Under the pieces are notes generated by a model that saw nothing but the letters and a program-made list of their open reading frames with translations, was not told where the DNA came from and did no database searches. Of a stretch of 64,000 bases of DNA, positions 48,549 to 58,231 are shown in pieces; position 1 is the stretch's first letter; every line of letters begins with the position of its first letter. The stretch is taken from the IMG/VR virus record IMGVR_UViG_3300005611_000008, positions 1-64,000 of that record; one strand, 5' to 3'. Source of the DNA: a virus (Duplodnaviria; Caudoviricetes). A program made the translations under genes and the position numbers.

Positions 48549-49033
48549 TATTATCTAATGGAAGATTTACACACGCAAGGTTCACGAGTTCTAAAAAAAA
48601 TCAAGTCGAATCTATTTGGTTTGATGAGGAAAACAAAACTTACGAACAAGTTGCAATTGAAGTCGACTTAAAAAGTCCAGAGTATGTGAAGTTATTAGAA
48701 ACTTTTACTATAGATGAAATTTCTACTATGACCGACCAATACGCAAAAGAAGAAACGCAAAACTTCCTTGCGATTGTAAAAGACATTGCGGAAAAACACG
48801 ATTTGATTTACGATCCAGATGCAGTGAACGGAAAAGATAAGTTGAATATCGACCACATCTTCAGTCCTCCTGAAGGCGACGATGGTGTTGACTTGTTGTT
48901 CAATGTGAAGTTGAAAATTTTTGAACTCGATGAAGTTCTAAATTCTGACAACGGAGAACTCAAAAAAGCATTGCGAGAATCTAAAACTCCAATGGAAGCA
49001 TTTTATATCGCAGGTAAGTTCTTATACGAATAA
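48545..49033 (+). CDS. hypothetical protein (possible fibre chaperone)
   Basis: 162 aa; LF..KL.IFE..EV..S...ELKK.LR.SK.P.E; ATGA-coupled. Confidence 0.55.
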   Translation: MILSNGRFTHARFTSSKKNQVESIWFDEENKTYEQVAIEVDLKSPEYVKLLETFTIDEISTMTDQYAKEETQNFLAIVKDIAEKHDLIYDPDAVNGKDKLNIDHIFSPPEGDDGVDLLFNVKLKIFELDEVLNSDNGELKKALRESKTPMEAFYIAGKFLYE

Positions 49034-49711
49034 GTGATACTTTGTCCACTTACTTGGATGGTTCGTCATATGAGTAAAGTGGACAAACTTAATTTCCGGA
49101 TAGAATTCATCTCCGATAAACATATAAGGGTTCCCGGTCACTTTTTGATACATCCTATTGAGTTGAGTTAAGGTGTGTCTTGTGTAGGGTTCTTTTCTTG
49201 CTTCCATTCTACAGAACCATTCGTCAGGCATCTTAACCAACTCCAATCCCTCATTCACAGAATCTTCTATAAAGTGTTGTTCTCCATTGATTGGTCCTGC
49301 GGTATATCCTTCTTCAATGTACTTTCTTTGCCAGTATTCGGGGGATTGCATAAACTTATCTAGAATGTACTTACAGTCTTTTGGATAGTATTTGTAGAAT
49401 CCTCCATTGATACTAAACCGAGTTCCTTCCGCATCTCTCCACCAACCCGGCATCGCAACAAACTGTCCTCGTTCAATTGGGTACTCGAATATCTTTTTGT
49501 AGTCATTGATTAGTAAGACATCGATGTCCATCACACAGATAGGTTCATCGGTATCAAGAGTCATACCGTACATCTTATTCCATTGAAGTTTGATGTTATC
49601 GGACATAGGTTCGCGAACCCAAGTAAATTGATACTCAGGAAGTTTGGACTCTAGGTAAGTTTCATACTCGGGACCATATCGGTCTCCGATTCTAACTGCG
49701 ATGATTTGCAT
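49022..49711 (-). CDS. GT-A glycosyltransferase-like
   Basis: VRIGDRYGPEY, WNK, MDID (DxD), INGG and VHF. Confidence 0.7.
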   Translation of the reverse strand: MQIIAVRIGDRYGPEYETYLESKLPEYQFTWVREPMSDNIKLQWNKMYGMTLDTDEPICVMDIDVLLINDYKKIFEYPIERGQFVAMPGWWRDAEGTRFSINGGFYKYYPKDCKYILDKFMQSPEYWQRKYIEEGYTAGPINGEQHFIEDSVNEGLELVKMPDEWFCRMEARKEPYTRHTLTQLNRMYQKVTGNPYMFIGDEFYPEIKFVHFTHMTNHPSKWTKYHLFV

Positions 49712-51002
49712 TGATAACCATATTTCTGAAAATGTTGGTGCCTACCACGGTAGTGTTTTGTAATTGCAAGTATCTATTGAACATATCGTGAATGTCTTCA
49801 ATCTTCATCTTGTGGATGACAAAATTGTAAGAAAAAATGTTAGACAAATAAATTAGGTTGCGTTTATCTGAGTCCACATTTAATGGTGATTCCAACGCAT
49901 CGTGCAACAAAAATGTAGGTTTCACCTTTTTGATTGTTTCTATCCACTCTTCAGTAGAGTATGACTTTTCTATTTGTTCTAATAGTTCGAGTTTATATTG
50001 ACAATAGTCTAAAACCAAACCCTCTTTCTTTTCGAACATTTTGTTGAGTCGTGTCATATCCTCTCTGGTATCAACCATTTCATAAGTCATCTGTTTCCAC
50101 TTCAGAGAATCTTTATTGTAATCATATATTACCAATTTTGTGTTCTCGTGTCCAATCTTTTCATAAAGAAACTCTGCAATGCATCCAGATGCGGGCGCGT
50201 ATATTACATCAAACTTTTTCGTATTTGCAGGTATGCGTCGGTCAAACTTGGTAATCATAGTTTCATTGTTTCGTGCATACACTATGTTCTCATTTCGAGA
50301 CCTTTCGAAATCAAGTGCTTCGCAATGCCTTCTCTCAGGATAACAAAAGAACTTGGTCAACCTTTCTTGTGCAAAGTTCAATATTTTTTTATCATCCTCG
50401 AATACTTTGGTGAGATACTCTCCCATCTCGACATTGACGACCTCTCTGTATTCATTACTCGGAGAGACCCAATGAGGAGTGTAATCGTCGTGTACATTTG
50501 AAGTTGACCTATTGGGATACATCACCTTTCCAGTATATCTACCAAAGGAGGGTTTGGAGATGGAACGCCAGTGTTTGATGTTGAGGAACATACACTGCAG
50601 ATGCATTCTCAAATAAGGTCTGTTGGGATGAAATAAAATATGACCGCGACAAGGTTCTTCTGTCTCGCAGAACTTATCAAAAAAAGTGTGTATTGTATCG
50701 GGTGCCTTATTTTGATAGTTATTGTAGAAGGTTCCGATATAACTTATCAATGCATAGTTATACTTATCTCCAACTTGCAATAACGCATCATCTAATGTTT
50801 CCGCAAAAATCAAGTTGCAGTTTTTAGAACCTCCGCGAGACCACCCAATACTTGTGTACCAAGTAAGAGTTGCCATATACTGCGCATAATCACCCCAGTC
50901 AATCTTGGGATAGTTTAGTATGATATGTAATCTATCGGACTCTACCTCGTTATGTCGAGAGTGTTCCATAATATAATTTGCAAATTCTTTAAATGACTGC
51001 AT
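49692..51002 (-). CDS. hypothetical enzyme-sized protein (about 436 aa)
   Basis: Long ORF in the enzyme island (alternative start 51020); HDDYTP.W and YLSNIFSY; family not recognised. Confidence 0.6.
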   Translation of the reverse strand: MQSFKEFANYIMEHSRHNEVESDRLHIILNYPKIDWGDYAQYMATLTWYTSIGWSRGGSKNCNLIFAETLDDALLQVGDKYNYALISYIGTFYNNYQNKAPDTIHTFFDKFCETEEPCRGHILFHPNRPYLRMHLQCMFLNIKHWRSISKPSFGRYTGKVMYPNRSTSNVHDDYTPHWVSPSNEYREVVNVEMGEYLTKVFEDDKKILNFAQERLTKFFCYPERRHCEALDFERSRNENIVYARNNETMITKFDRRIPANTKKFDVIYAPASGCIAEFLYEKIGHENTKLVIYDYNKDSLKWKQMTYEMVDTREDMTRLNKMFEKKEGLVLDYCQYKLELLEQIEKSYSTEEWIETIKKVKPTFLLHDALESPLNVDSDKRNLIYLSNIFSYNFVIHKMKIEDIHDMFNRYLQLQNTTVVGTNIFRNMVINANHRS

Positions 51003-51654
51003 CAGGATGTTCTTTCTCAAATGATTTTATGAATAATTTAATAGTGTCTTCACAATATCCTCCGTGAAGAATAAAATGGATTCTAGGTTCGGGACTGAAG
51101 TTTGCTGCTTCATGGAAAGGTCCGTTGTTGAACCAGTACACCTCTCTAGGTTTAAAAGGAACCTCTTCAAGTGTTTCGGAGTTTCGAAGATAACAATTTT
51201 CTGGTTGAGTTATCGCAATGTTTATTGCGGAGGTGATACTGTTCTTTAACTTCATACCCTCTTTCCACTGATGGGTATCAGTATGCGAACGAATAAATCC
51301 ACCACTCTCCAATAACATAAATCGACAACGACTGTACTTACCATTATTAGGAAAGTCTTCCTTCAACCACCTCGTCATTTCCGGAGCATACTCCGTTAAT
51401 TCTGTCCAGTGATACTTGTCCTTTGCGTTTTCGTTGTAGGTTGTAGTGCGCATACTTTCTCCGTGCAGGGTGATGGATTTCCATCCCTTGCCGTGTGATG
51501 CGCGGTGTGGTATAAATAGACCTAGATTGTAGATGTTCAACGATTCATTGATGACTTCTTTTGGGATTAGAATGTCTGCTTTGAGGTACATTAGTTCTCG
51601 ATCTTCACACCACTTTTTAATTTTTTCGAACTTAGTATAAATGGACATATTCAA
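50989..51654 (-). CDS. AspH-like 2OG-Fe(II) oxygenase
   Basis: W.SITLHG, RFMLLESGGFIRSHTD (HxD), FHEAAN and PRIHFI. Confidence 0.78.
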   Translation of the reverse strand: MNMSIYTKFEKIKKWCEDRELMYLKADILIPKEVINESLNIYNLGLFIPHRASHGKGWKSITLHGESMRTTTYNENAKDKYHWTELTEYAPEMTRWLKEDFPNNGKYSRCRFMLLESGGFIRSHTDTHQWKEGMKLKNSITSAINIAITQPENCYLRNSETLEEVPFKPREVYWFNNGPFHEAANFSPEPRIHFILHGGYCEDTIKLFIKSFEKEHPDAVI

Positions 51655-52090
51655 TCGCTGTGTGGTTGGGGTTAAATTTATTTGCGTGATGTATAAAAGA
51701 TAATTTACTTCTTTCTATTCTATTCAATGTATACAAGGAGTCATAGTCAATCAACATAAACCCATTGTCTAATACCAGAGTATTCGATGCATTCCAATCA
51801 CAATAGGTATAACCTAGTTCGGTTATTCTCTCAAACTCATTCCACCAAAAATCAATCATCTTGTCGGTGTCTGCGTTCATATTTATGTAATAGTTTTTTG
51901 CATCAATATACTTGATATCTATAAAATCTTTTCCGGAATCTAGATACATACCCGGAAAACAATCTTGAATTGCGCAAACCAAGAATTCTATTTCTTCTGG
52001 ACTTTTGTTCTGATATATTTTACGAACAATGTTAAGTTCGGAATCGTAGTAAACCTTGCGTTTGTTTTTGGATTGTTTGATTAGTTGCAT
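51632..52090 (-). CDS. minimal protein-kinase-like (APH/RIO-like) protein
   Basis: VRK, YCDWNASNTL (DxxxxN catalytic loop) and LIDYDS. Confidence 0.6.
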   Translation of the reverse strand: MQLIKQSKNKRKVYYDSELNIVRKIYQNKSPEEIEFLVCAIQDCFPGMYLDSGKDFIDIKYIDAKNYYINMNADTDKMIDFWWNEFERITELGYTYCDWNASNTLVLDNGFMLIDYDSLYTLNRIERSKLSFIHHANKFNPNHTAIEYVHLY

Positions 52091-52668
52091 TCGCCGATCA
52101 CCATAAACCGAGTGTAATTTTCGGTTTTCAATTCACCACTGTAATGTATGGTGGTCAGTCCAGTCGACTCTAAGAATTCGTCCAAACTTTTCTTACAGTT
52201 TGAGTGTTCCTCTATTTCAAAATAGTCATTACTCTGAAATGCAAACACCGTATCAGTCACCACAATCTCTTTCATATCGCGCATATGTTCGCAGGAAGTA
52301 TTAATCACCAAATCATACTCTCCAATGTTTTTAATCGAACAATAATCAAATGCATCACAAGTATTATACCGTAAAGTGTATTTATCTTCAACCTTCTTCA
52401 CGAACTTCTTACTCAGTCTTTTGACCATTGGGTCAGAGTCGATGCAATCAAAGTGTCCTCCTATTTCATAGGGAATGAGTGTCGCATACCACGCACCTAA
52501 CATAAGAGTATTTTTTGGTTGAACGACCTTCAACACCTCATCCACTAACCATCGTTTGCAAAGTATTTTCTTTCTCATCAAACTGTTTGCAAAAGAATGG
52601 GATTCGTGTAAAGACTCTGATTGCATCAAAGTGTGGGTGAACGCAAAAAAGAACTCATCGGTAATCAT
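52081..52668 (-). CDS. class I SAM-dependent methyltransferase-like
   Basis: K.WL, MLGAWY (motif I-like), IDSDP, DLVINTSCEHM, QSNDY and RFMVIG. Confidence 0.65.
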   Translation of the reverse strand: MITDEFFFAFTHTLMQSESLHESHSFANSLMRKKILCKRWLVDEVLKVVQPKNTLMLGAWYATLIPYEIGGHFDCIDSDPMVKRLSKKFVKKVEDKYTLRYNTCDAFDYCSIKNIGEYDLVINTSCEHMRDMKEIVVTDTVFAFQSNDYFEIEEHSNCKKSLDEFLESTGLTTIHYSGELKTENYTRFMVIGECN

Positions 52669-52675
52669 ATAAATA
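52668..52675 (+). promoter_or_regulatory. T4 late promoter for the rightward arm of the enzyme island
   Basis: Perfect TATAAATA about 22 bp upstream of the radical SAM start. Confidence 0.7.
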
Positions 52676-52697
52676 GTCTCACATTATTGAGGTGATT

Positions 52698-53681
52698 ATG
52701 TTAGAAAATGGTATAGACGCAGTTGAAATTGAGTTGTCGTCTCGGTGCAATGCAGGGTGTCCTATGTGTGCGCGTACAGACAACGATATGATACTCAGTA
52801 AACAACGCGATATCTCACTGGAAGAATTTAAAGTATTTTTTTCTCCGGAGTTTATATCCAAACTAAAACAATTCAAATTCTGTGGCAACTTTGGTGACCC
52901 AATGGTCGCAAAAGATGTTGTTGAAATACATAAGTATATATGCGATAATAATCCAAACATAAAACTAATTATGAGTACCAATGGGGGACTCAGAACCAAA
53001 AAGGTTTGGACTGAACTTGCGAAGTACTATCAGAATCCCAACGGGTCTCATATACAGTTTCATATAGATGGACTTGAAGACACCAACCACATTTACAGAA
53101 AAGGTGTTCGGTGGGATAGGATTATGGAGTGCGCAGATGCATTTATTTCTGCGAGAGGTATTGCGGTATGGTACTTTATACCTTTCTTTCATAACGAACA
53201 CCAAGTCGAGGAAGCAGAACAACTCGCACGAGATATGGGATTTGCAGAGTTTGTAATTAAGGTATCTGCAAGGTTTGATAGTTTTGATAAACCATTCATA
53301 GGTTCTCGGGGAGAAAGATTGTATCCCCCAACCGCAGATAGGTTTAACATTCGAGGCGTTCAAGTGCGAGGAGAACTTAAATGTGTCTCTGAAATACGGA
53401 AAGAAATTTATGTCGATTCTTGGGGAAGGGTATTCCCTTGTTGTTGGACTGCAACGAAACACGATGAAATGAATTGGGACATCGACAATTCATTGCGAGT
53501 GCATACAATAGAAGAAGTGTTTGCATCAGAAAAAATAAATAGTTGGATTAATAAACTGTACTGCGACCAAGGTTCGGTGTGCAACAAAAGATGTACAGGC
53601 GAGTTTCAACATATGATAGACATCAACGGAAAACAAACTCCTCAGAAAGAACTGTGGTATTACGGAGATAAAGATGCTTAA
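52698..53681 (+). CDS. radical SAM enzyme with SPASM/Twitch-like C-terminus
   Basis: CNAGCPMC, GNFGDP, STNGG, IDGL and C-terminal C...G.VFPCC...C...C. Confidence 0.9.
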   Translation: MLENGIDAVEIELSSRCNAGCPMCARTDNDMILSKQRDISLEEFKVFFSPEFISKLKQFKFCGNFGDPMVAKDVVEIHKYICDNNPNIKLIMSTNGGLRTKKVWTELAKYYQNPNGSHIQFHIDGLEDTNHIYRKGVRWDRIMECADAFISARGIAVWYFIPFFHNEHQVEEAEQLARDMGFAEFVIKVSARFDSFDKPFIGSRGERLYPPTADRFNIRGVQVRGELKCVSEIRKEIYVDSWGRVFPCCWTATKHDEMNWDIDNSLRVHTIEEVFASEKINSWINKLYCDQGSVCNKRCTGEFQHMIDINGKQTPQKELWYYGDKDA

Positions 53682-54495
53682 AGAAGTAGTGATTTATAAT
53701 GGGAAAAAGTTTAAACCAGAATTGCTTGACATTGCAGAGAATGAGTTCGTGGGAATATTCTTCACTGGAGGAATTGAGTCCACTCTTGTCGCAAAAATGA
53801 TGATTGAAAAATATGGTGTCGATAGAGTAGTCTTTGTCATACTGACTATGAATCGGTACAGTAATTATGCAAAGAATGCTGAAAAGGCACAACGAGTACT
53901 CTCAGACTTTGAAAACCGAGTTCAGAGACTCGGAGGAAAACATATTGTCGATATGAACACCGAAGACGCAGACAACTGCGATGAATGGTATGGAACTCGA
54001 GTTTTGTCCGCAATCACTAAAATGAAAATATCAAAAGAGGTTGGTTCTTGTCGGTATATTTTCACAGGTTATTCTAACATTCATAAAGAACATATGGAAA
54101 TGTTAGATGAGTGTGGGTGGGAAAAAGGTTTTGTATTGCGCGAACAGGTTGAGAATTGGTTGCGCGAAGAAAACAGAATAGACAATTATCCAGAGATAAA
54201 AAGATTTTTGGATGAACAGAAAGGCGCACTCTATTTCGTCACAGAATCAGTTCCATTTGATATTGTTCAAGAACATTACTACGACAGTATAAAACCTTTG
54301 AACAATCTAACCAAAGACGAAGCAATCGATCTCTATCGTCAATACGATATAATAGACGAACTTGCGCATACAATATCGTGCAATGACCCAAGTTATGAGG
54401 GATACGACCATTGTGGGTATTGTAAAAACTGCATTCAAAGACAAGACGGATTTAAGGATACTGGTATAACAGACCCGACAAATTATGCCAACTAA
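53674..54495 (+). CDS. QueC-like PP-loop ATP pyrophosphatase
   Basis: FTGGIES (SGGxDS-like), P...LTK.E.I, and TISC...HCGYCKNCIQR Zn site. Confidence 0.7.
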   Translation: MLKEVVIYNGKKFKPELLDIAENEFVGIFFTGGIESTLVAKMMIEKYGVDRVVFVILTMNRYSNYAKNAEKAQRVLSDFENRVQRLGGKHIVDMNTEDADNCDEWYGTRVLSAITKMKISKEVGSCRYIFTGYSNIHKEHMEMLDECGWEKGFVLREQVENWLREENRIDNYPEIKRFLDEQKGALYFVTESVPFDIVQEHYYDSIKPLNNLTKDEAIDLYRQYDIIDELAHTISCNDPSYEGYDHCGYCKNCIQRQDGFKDTGITDPTNYAN

Positions 54496-55162
54496 TATAT
54501 TATGTGTGAAGTGGGGGAGAAAGTACTCTCCACAATATGTGAACAATTTACACGAAATGATTCGAAGGTATTATCCAGAGGACTTTCGTTTTGTTTGTTA
54601 TACTGATGATGAGACTGGGTTGGATTGTGAAACTCTAAAGATAGAATCTGACCTTGAGGGTTGGTGGTTAAAACTAGAGTTGTTGTCTCTGTTTACTTTC
54701 GGAACCAATATCGTTTTTGATTTAGATGTTGCGGTATTGAATAGACTAGAGAGATTGCACTCGGTCAAGACCAGAACCCTTTCAGTACTGTTCTCTAAAT
54801 GGAAGGAAGGGTTCATTACTCCTCGTGCGCATGAACGCAACCCCACACTATACAACTCATCTATAATGAAGTGGGAAGGGGAACAAGGTCTTCCTGTATG
54901 GAATCATTTTCAGAAGAACAAAGACTACCTTCTCTTCAAATATGAAGGCATCGACAGATACCTATTTAATGAATCTGTGGATGTGGATGTGTTGCCTAGT
55001 GGGATTGCGTATTCATATTGGAAGGGTGCGTCTTATAAAAAAGACTCGACTCCCGAAAAACTCAGAGATGATTATGAAGTTTGTATTGTGAATCATAATC
55101 CAAAACCACACGAGATTGATACTTGGATTAGAGATTATTGGAATGTATCTAAGACTGCCTAG
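54485..55162 (+). CDS. GT-A glycosyltransferase-like
   Basis: LCVKWG.KYS..YVN.L, FVCYTD, WW.KL, FDLD (DxD), NSSIM and PKPHE. Confidence 0.78.
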   Translation: MPTNILCVKWGRKYSPQYVNNLHEMIRRYYPEDFRFVCYTDDETGLDCETLKIESDLEGWWLKLELLSLFTFGTNIVFDLDVAVLNRLERLHSVKTRTLSVLFSKWKEGFITPRAHERNPTLYNSSIMKWEGEQGLPVWNHFQKNKDYLLFKYEGIDRYLFNESVDVDVLPSGIAYSYWKGASYKKDSTPEKLRDDYEVCIVNHNPKPHEIDTWIRDYWNVSKTA

Positions 55163-55985
55163 AAATTTACATTTCGAATTGAGTTCATATTGTAATGCGA
55201 AGTGTCCTATGTGTGTTCGAACCAATAAAGAATTTGAACCCAAACACCTTTCTTATGATATAATAGAGTCTAGGTTCAAAGATTACAAGTTTGAACAAAT
55301 CAAGTACGGAGGAAATCTAGGCGACCCTCTAATGCACCTCGATGCGTTGAAGTTCTTTCGGTTGTTCTCATCATCAAGACAACTCATTCACACGAATGGG
55401 TCTTTACGGTCAAAGTCTTTTTGGAAAGATGTTGGTGAGATAGACAATCTCTGTGTGGTATTTGGTATTGATGGTATCGACCAAGAGACTCATATCAAAT
55501 ATCGTGTAGACACCAACCACGACAAGATTATAGAGAACGCAAAAATTTTCATTGAGTCTGGTGGAGAATCTTGGTGGCAGTTCATCGTCTTCAAACACAA
55601 TGAACACCAAATAGATGATGCAAAACAAATTGCAAAAGATATGGGATTCAAGTGGTTTGAAACCCTATACTCCAGAAGGTTTGGATCTGGAACTTACGAA
55701 GGATTAGAACCTCCCGAAACACAACCTCTTATGATTGTAGAGGAAAGTAAGATACAGTGCAAGTCTCAAAGAAAAGAAGAGATGTACATTTCTGCAGATG
55801 GAAAAATCTGGGTGTGCGACTACACCGCAAACCATTTAGAAACTCCATTGAATATATACGAAACGGGGTTTGAGGATGCAGTGTCTAATATTTACTTTGA
55901 CGAGATTTTAATTAACCCCAAACCCGTGTGTAAAATTAATTGTGGTATGAAATATAGAAACAAACATATTATTGAGGAATTATGA
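55143..55985 (+). CDS. radical SAM enzyme (paralog of 52698)
   Basis: CNAKCPMC, GNLGDP, HTNGS, GIDG, FIVFKHNEHQ and C-terminal Cys; start refined to 55143. Confidence 0.9.
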   Translation: MYLRLPRNLHFELSSYCNAKCPMCVRTNKEFEPKHLSYDIIESRFKDYKFEQIKYGGNLGDPLMHLDALKFFRLFSSSRQLIHTNGSLRSKSFWKDVGEIDNLCVVFGIDGIDQETHIKYRVDTNHDKIIENAKIFIESGGESWWQFIVFKHNEHQIDDAKQIAKDMGFKWFETLYSRRFGSGTYEGLEPPETQPLMIVEESKIQCKSQRKEEMYISADGKIWVCDYTANHLETPLNIYETGFEDAVSNIYFDEILINPKPVCKINCGMKYRNKHIIEEL

Positions 55986-56602
55986 ACTACGAAAGACTTC
56001 TCTCATATGGAAATATAATTCAACTAAAACACAACCTCGATTGCAATAAACTATTGGAAGAGATTAGTGGGTTTGAATTTGGATTATACAATCCGAGAAA
56101 GAAAAACAATCCTCGATACGGTTTGTCTATCACAAGTCTGGATGGAAGTCTGAATGGTATCGACTTGGATTCTTTGATTGATGCGTATGAAAAGACGGGT
56201 CAAGTGTATAATGAAATGTCCTTCCGCACACTGACAGAGGTCTATGAGAAATCTTCCGAATTGAAGAAGGTGATAGACCCCCTCAAGAATTTTTTAGGCA
56301 GAACTCATTTTCTTAGATTTTCTAAGGGGGGACACTTCCCTCCTCATAGGGATGACCGAGGTTCTCAATCGCAACCGGATTTTCGCATCATTGTTCCAAT
56401 TAAGTATACTAATCCGCCTGACTCTTATTATGTGTTCAATGGTGAGATTGTAAATCTTAATTATGGATATGCATACTTTATGAACACCAACCTAGAACAT
56501 TCGTTCTTTTCTTTCAACAACGAATCTACTATGATTGTAATGAATGTTGAGGGATGTTCAGATGCGTATCAATTGGTTCTCGACAGTATGTATTCGACAT
56601 AA
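55982..56602 (+). CDS. AspH-like 2OG-Fe(II) oxygenase
   Basis: GRTHFLRF..GGHFPPHRD (HxD) and YFMNT.LEHS. Confidence 0.72.
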   Translation: MNYERLLSYGNIIQLKHNLDCNKLLEEISGFEFGLYNPRKKNNPRYGLSITSLDGSLNGIDLDSLIDAYEKTGQVYNEMSFRTLTEVYEKSSELKKVIDPLKNFLGRTHFLRFSKGGHFPPHRDDRGSQSQPDFRIIVPIKYTNPPDSYYVFNGEIVNLNYGYAYFMNTNLEHSFFSFNNESTMIVMNVEGCSDAYQLVLDSMYST

Positions 56603-57037
56603 CTCTTCAATGTCCATATCGTAAAAGAGTTGAAGAGATATTCGAGTTTCTGAATTGTTTTGTACTTTATGTCTCGATTGTGTATTGAATGCATAACAAT
56701 CCATACAAGGAATATCTCCATCCTCGGTAGTGCAAGGTGTATAGTTTTTAGTCAACGGAAAAATAACTACCGTGTCTCTTTTGTTGTCTTTACTGTCGGT
56801 GTGCCAATCAACGAGTTTGTTGGGTTCTATTTTCAGCAGAGACATCATATAAGGTTTGGCGATAAATAAATCTGCAACCTCATCATACTGTCTAGGAAGA
56901 AAGTCGAGATTGGTGTAAGAACCAGATTTAGTCGAACGGTGACGATAGTAGTCGTCGGAAGACAATGCATCTTGAATCAGTCGAGTTTTGGTATTGTCAT
57001 CTAGGGACAAGTCAATTTTGAAATAGTTCATTGCCAT
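56558..57037 (-). CDS. 2OG-Fe(II) oxygenase (AspH-like)
   Basis: WHTD, FNTQ..HKVQN and RISLQ. Confidence 0.72.
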   Translation of the reverse strand: MAMNYFKIDLSLDDNTKTRLIQDALSSDDYYRHRSTKSGSYTNLDFLPRQYDEVADLFIAKPYMMSLLKIEPNKLVDWHTDSKDNKRDTVVIFPLTKNYTPCTTEDGDIPCMDCYAFNTQSRHKVQNNSETRISLQLFYDMDIEELCRIHTVENQLIRI

Positions 57038-57579
57038 CTCGGATATTTGTTCAGATTCTCTAAAAATTTTTCAGGAAATATTTCCCACACCGTCTGATTG
57101 GTATTACGATAAAACACATCTTTTATATTTTTTACAATGCCCATTTTTTCTAAGGTGGGGAAGTAATATTTATGAACCAGTCTCTGACTTGCAACCTTAC
57201 TGTCGTTAGAGGTTGCAAAGGTTCTTCCTTTACTCCATTCCAAACACACAGGCAACAAAAACTGGTCGGTCAGGTTTTGATGTTGTGCGATTGATTTGCT
57301 AGGTTTGATTAATGATTTATTCCCATACTCACTAAAGGTGCAAGTGCGTACAAGAACTCTATATGTTTTTGTTCCCATTACTTCATCAAAACTGTGTGCA
57401 ACAACAGACCCTATTGCATCAGAGTCTTTATACAATATCCACGCACTCCACTCTCTTTCGTTCTTAAAGGTGTCTATCATTCGTTTTTGAGAACTATTAT
57501 TGACAAACCCTCGCGATGCAGATTCGAGATAAAATTTTCTCAAATCTAAATCTTCAGACCATTCCAAAATATTATGCAC
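57028..57579 (-). CDS. GNAT-like acyltransferase (tentative)
   Basis: WILY....IGSVVAH, YRVLVRTC and FATSN topology resembles GNAT; weak. Confidence 0.45.
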   Translation of the reverse strand: MHNILEWSEDLDLRKFYLESASRGFVNNSSQKRMIDTFKNEREWSAWILYKDSDAIGSVVAHSFDEVMGTKTYRVLVRTCTFSEYGNKSLIKPSKSIAQHQNLTDQFLLPVCLEWSKGRTFATSNDSKVASQRLVHKYYFPTLEKMGIVKNIKDVFYRNTNQTVWEIFPEKFLENLNKYPRWQ

Positions 57580-57605
57580 TACTGTATTCCTTGCGGTTTA
57601 AAACA

Positions 57606-57613
57606 TATAAATA
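57606..57613 (+). promoter_or_regulatory. T4 late promoter
   Basis: TATAAATA 35 bp before ATG 57649. Confidence 0.75.
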
Positions 57614-57648
57614 ACAATATTGCTAATATATATGCATCGAGGGCGAAA

Positions 57649-57987
57649 ATGGCGGCAAAAGCAAATATTGTTATTGATCAAGGAGCAGACTTCTCCTCAA
57701 CCATAACTGTAACTGATGATGCAGGAGACACAGTTGACCTTACAGGGTACTCTGCTTCCGGTCAGATTCGTAAGCATTATACATCGAATACCGCGTATAA
57801 TTTTACGACATCTTTTGGTGTGCCAAGAACTAATGGACTGCTAACACTATCACTTTCTCGCGCAACCACTGCCAACATAGAAGCAGGGCGTTATGTTTAT
57901 GATGTAGAGATCACGAGTGCGGCAAACACGCGCTCAAGATTAATTGAAGGTATTGTGACGATTACACCCGAAGTAACAAGGGGATAG
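57649..57987 (+). CDS. Ig-like virion adaptor protein (BppU-N-like)
   Basis: MAAKANIVIDQGADF, DLTGY....QIRK.Y, GRYVYDVEI and R..EG.VT.TP.VT; start refined to 57649. Confidence 0.7.
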   Translation: MAAKANIVIDQGADFSSTITVTDDAGDTVDLTGYSASGQIRKHYTSNTAYNFTTSFGVPRTNGLLTLSLSRATTANIEAGRYVYDVEITSAANTRSRLIEGIVTITPEVTRG

Positions 57988-57988
57988 C

Positions 57989-58231
57989 ATGGCAACAGGA
58001 AATTTCAAGGTCAAGTTCAGTCCACCAACTCAGAGTCTGACGATCAAAAATAATAGTCAAGTTGGTGTTCGACTAGACACACTTGCGGATGTTGATCCTA
58101 CAAATTCATCTGCAAATGGTTCTATTCTTGTATACAACTCATCTACAGACACTTATGTTCAGCGAGACATTCTGACATTTGATGTTGATACTGGAGCATT
58201 CAAGTTAGACGCAGGGGATGACGGTTTCTAA
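57989..58231 (+). CDS. small fibre adaptor
   Basis: L..LADVD.....NGSILVYN; C-terminal LDAGDDGF. Confidence 0.6.
   Translation: MATGNFKVKFSPPTQSLTIKNNSQVGVRLDTLADVDPTNSSANGSILVYNSSTDTYVQRDILTFDVDTGAFKLDAGDDGF

Noticed and set aside
50960-51002. MQSFKEF start of the unknown island protein as a capsid-targeting leader
   Set aside because: Only a partial match with an uncertain start codon; too weak to claim.
52698-55985. QueC plus radical SAM as a 7-deazaguanine DNA-modification pathway
   Set aside because: The radical SAM proteins have SPASM/Twitch-like tails rather than QueE features. No folE, queD or dpdA is in the window, and the context is late and structural. Not excluded for the rest of the genome.
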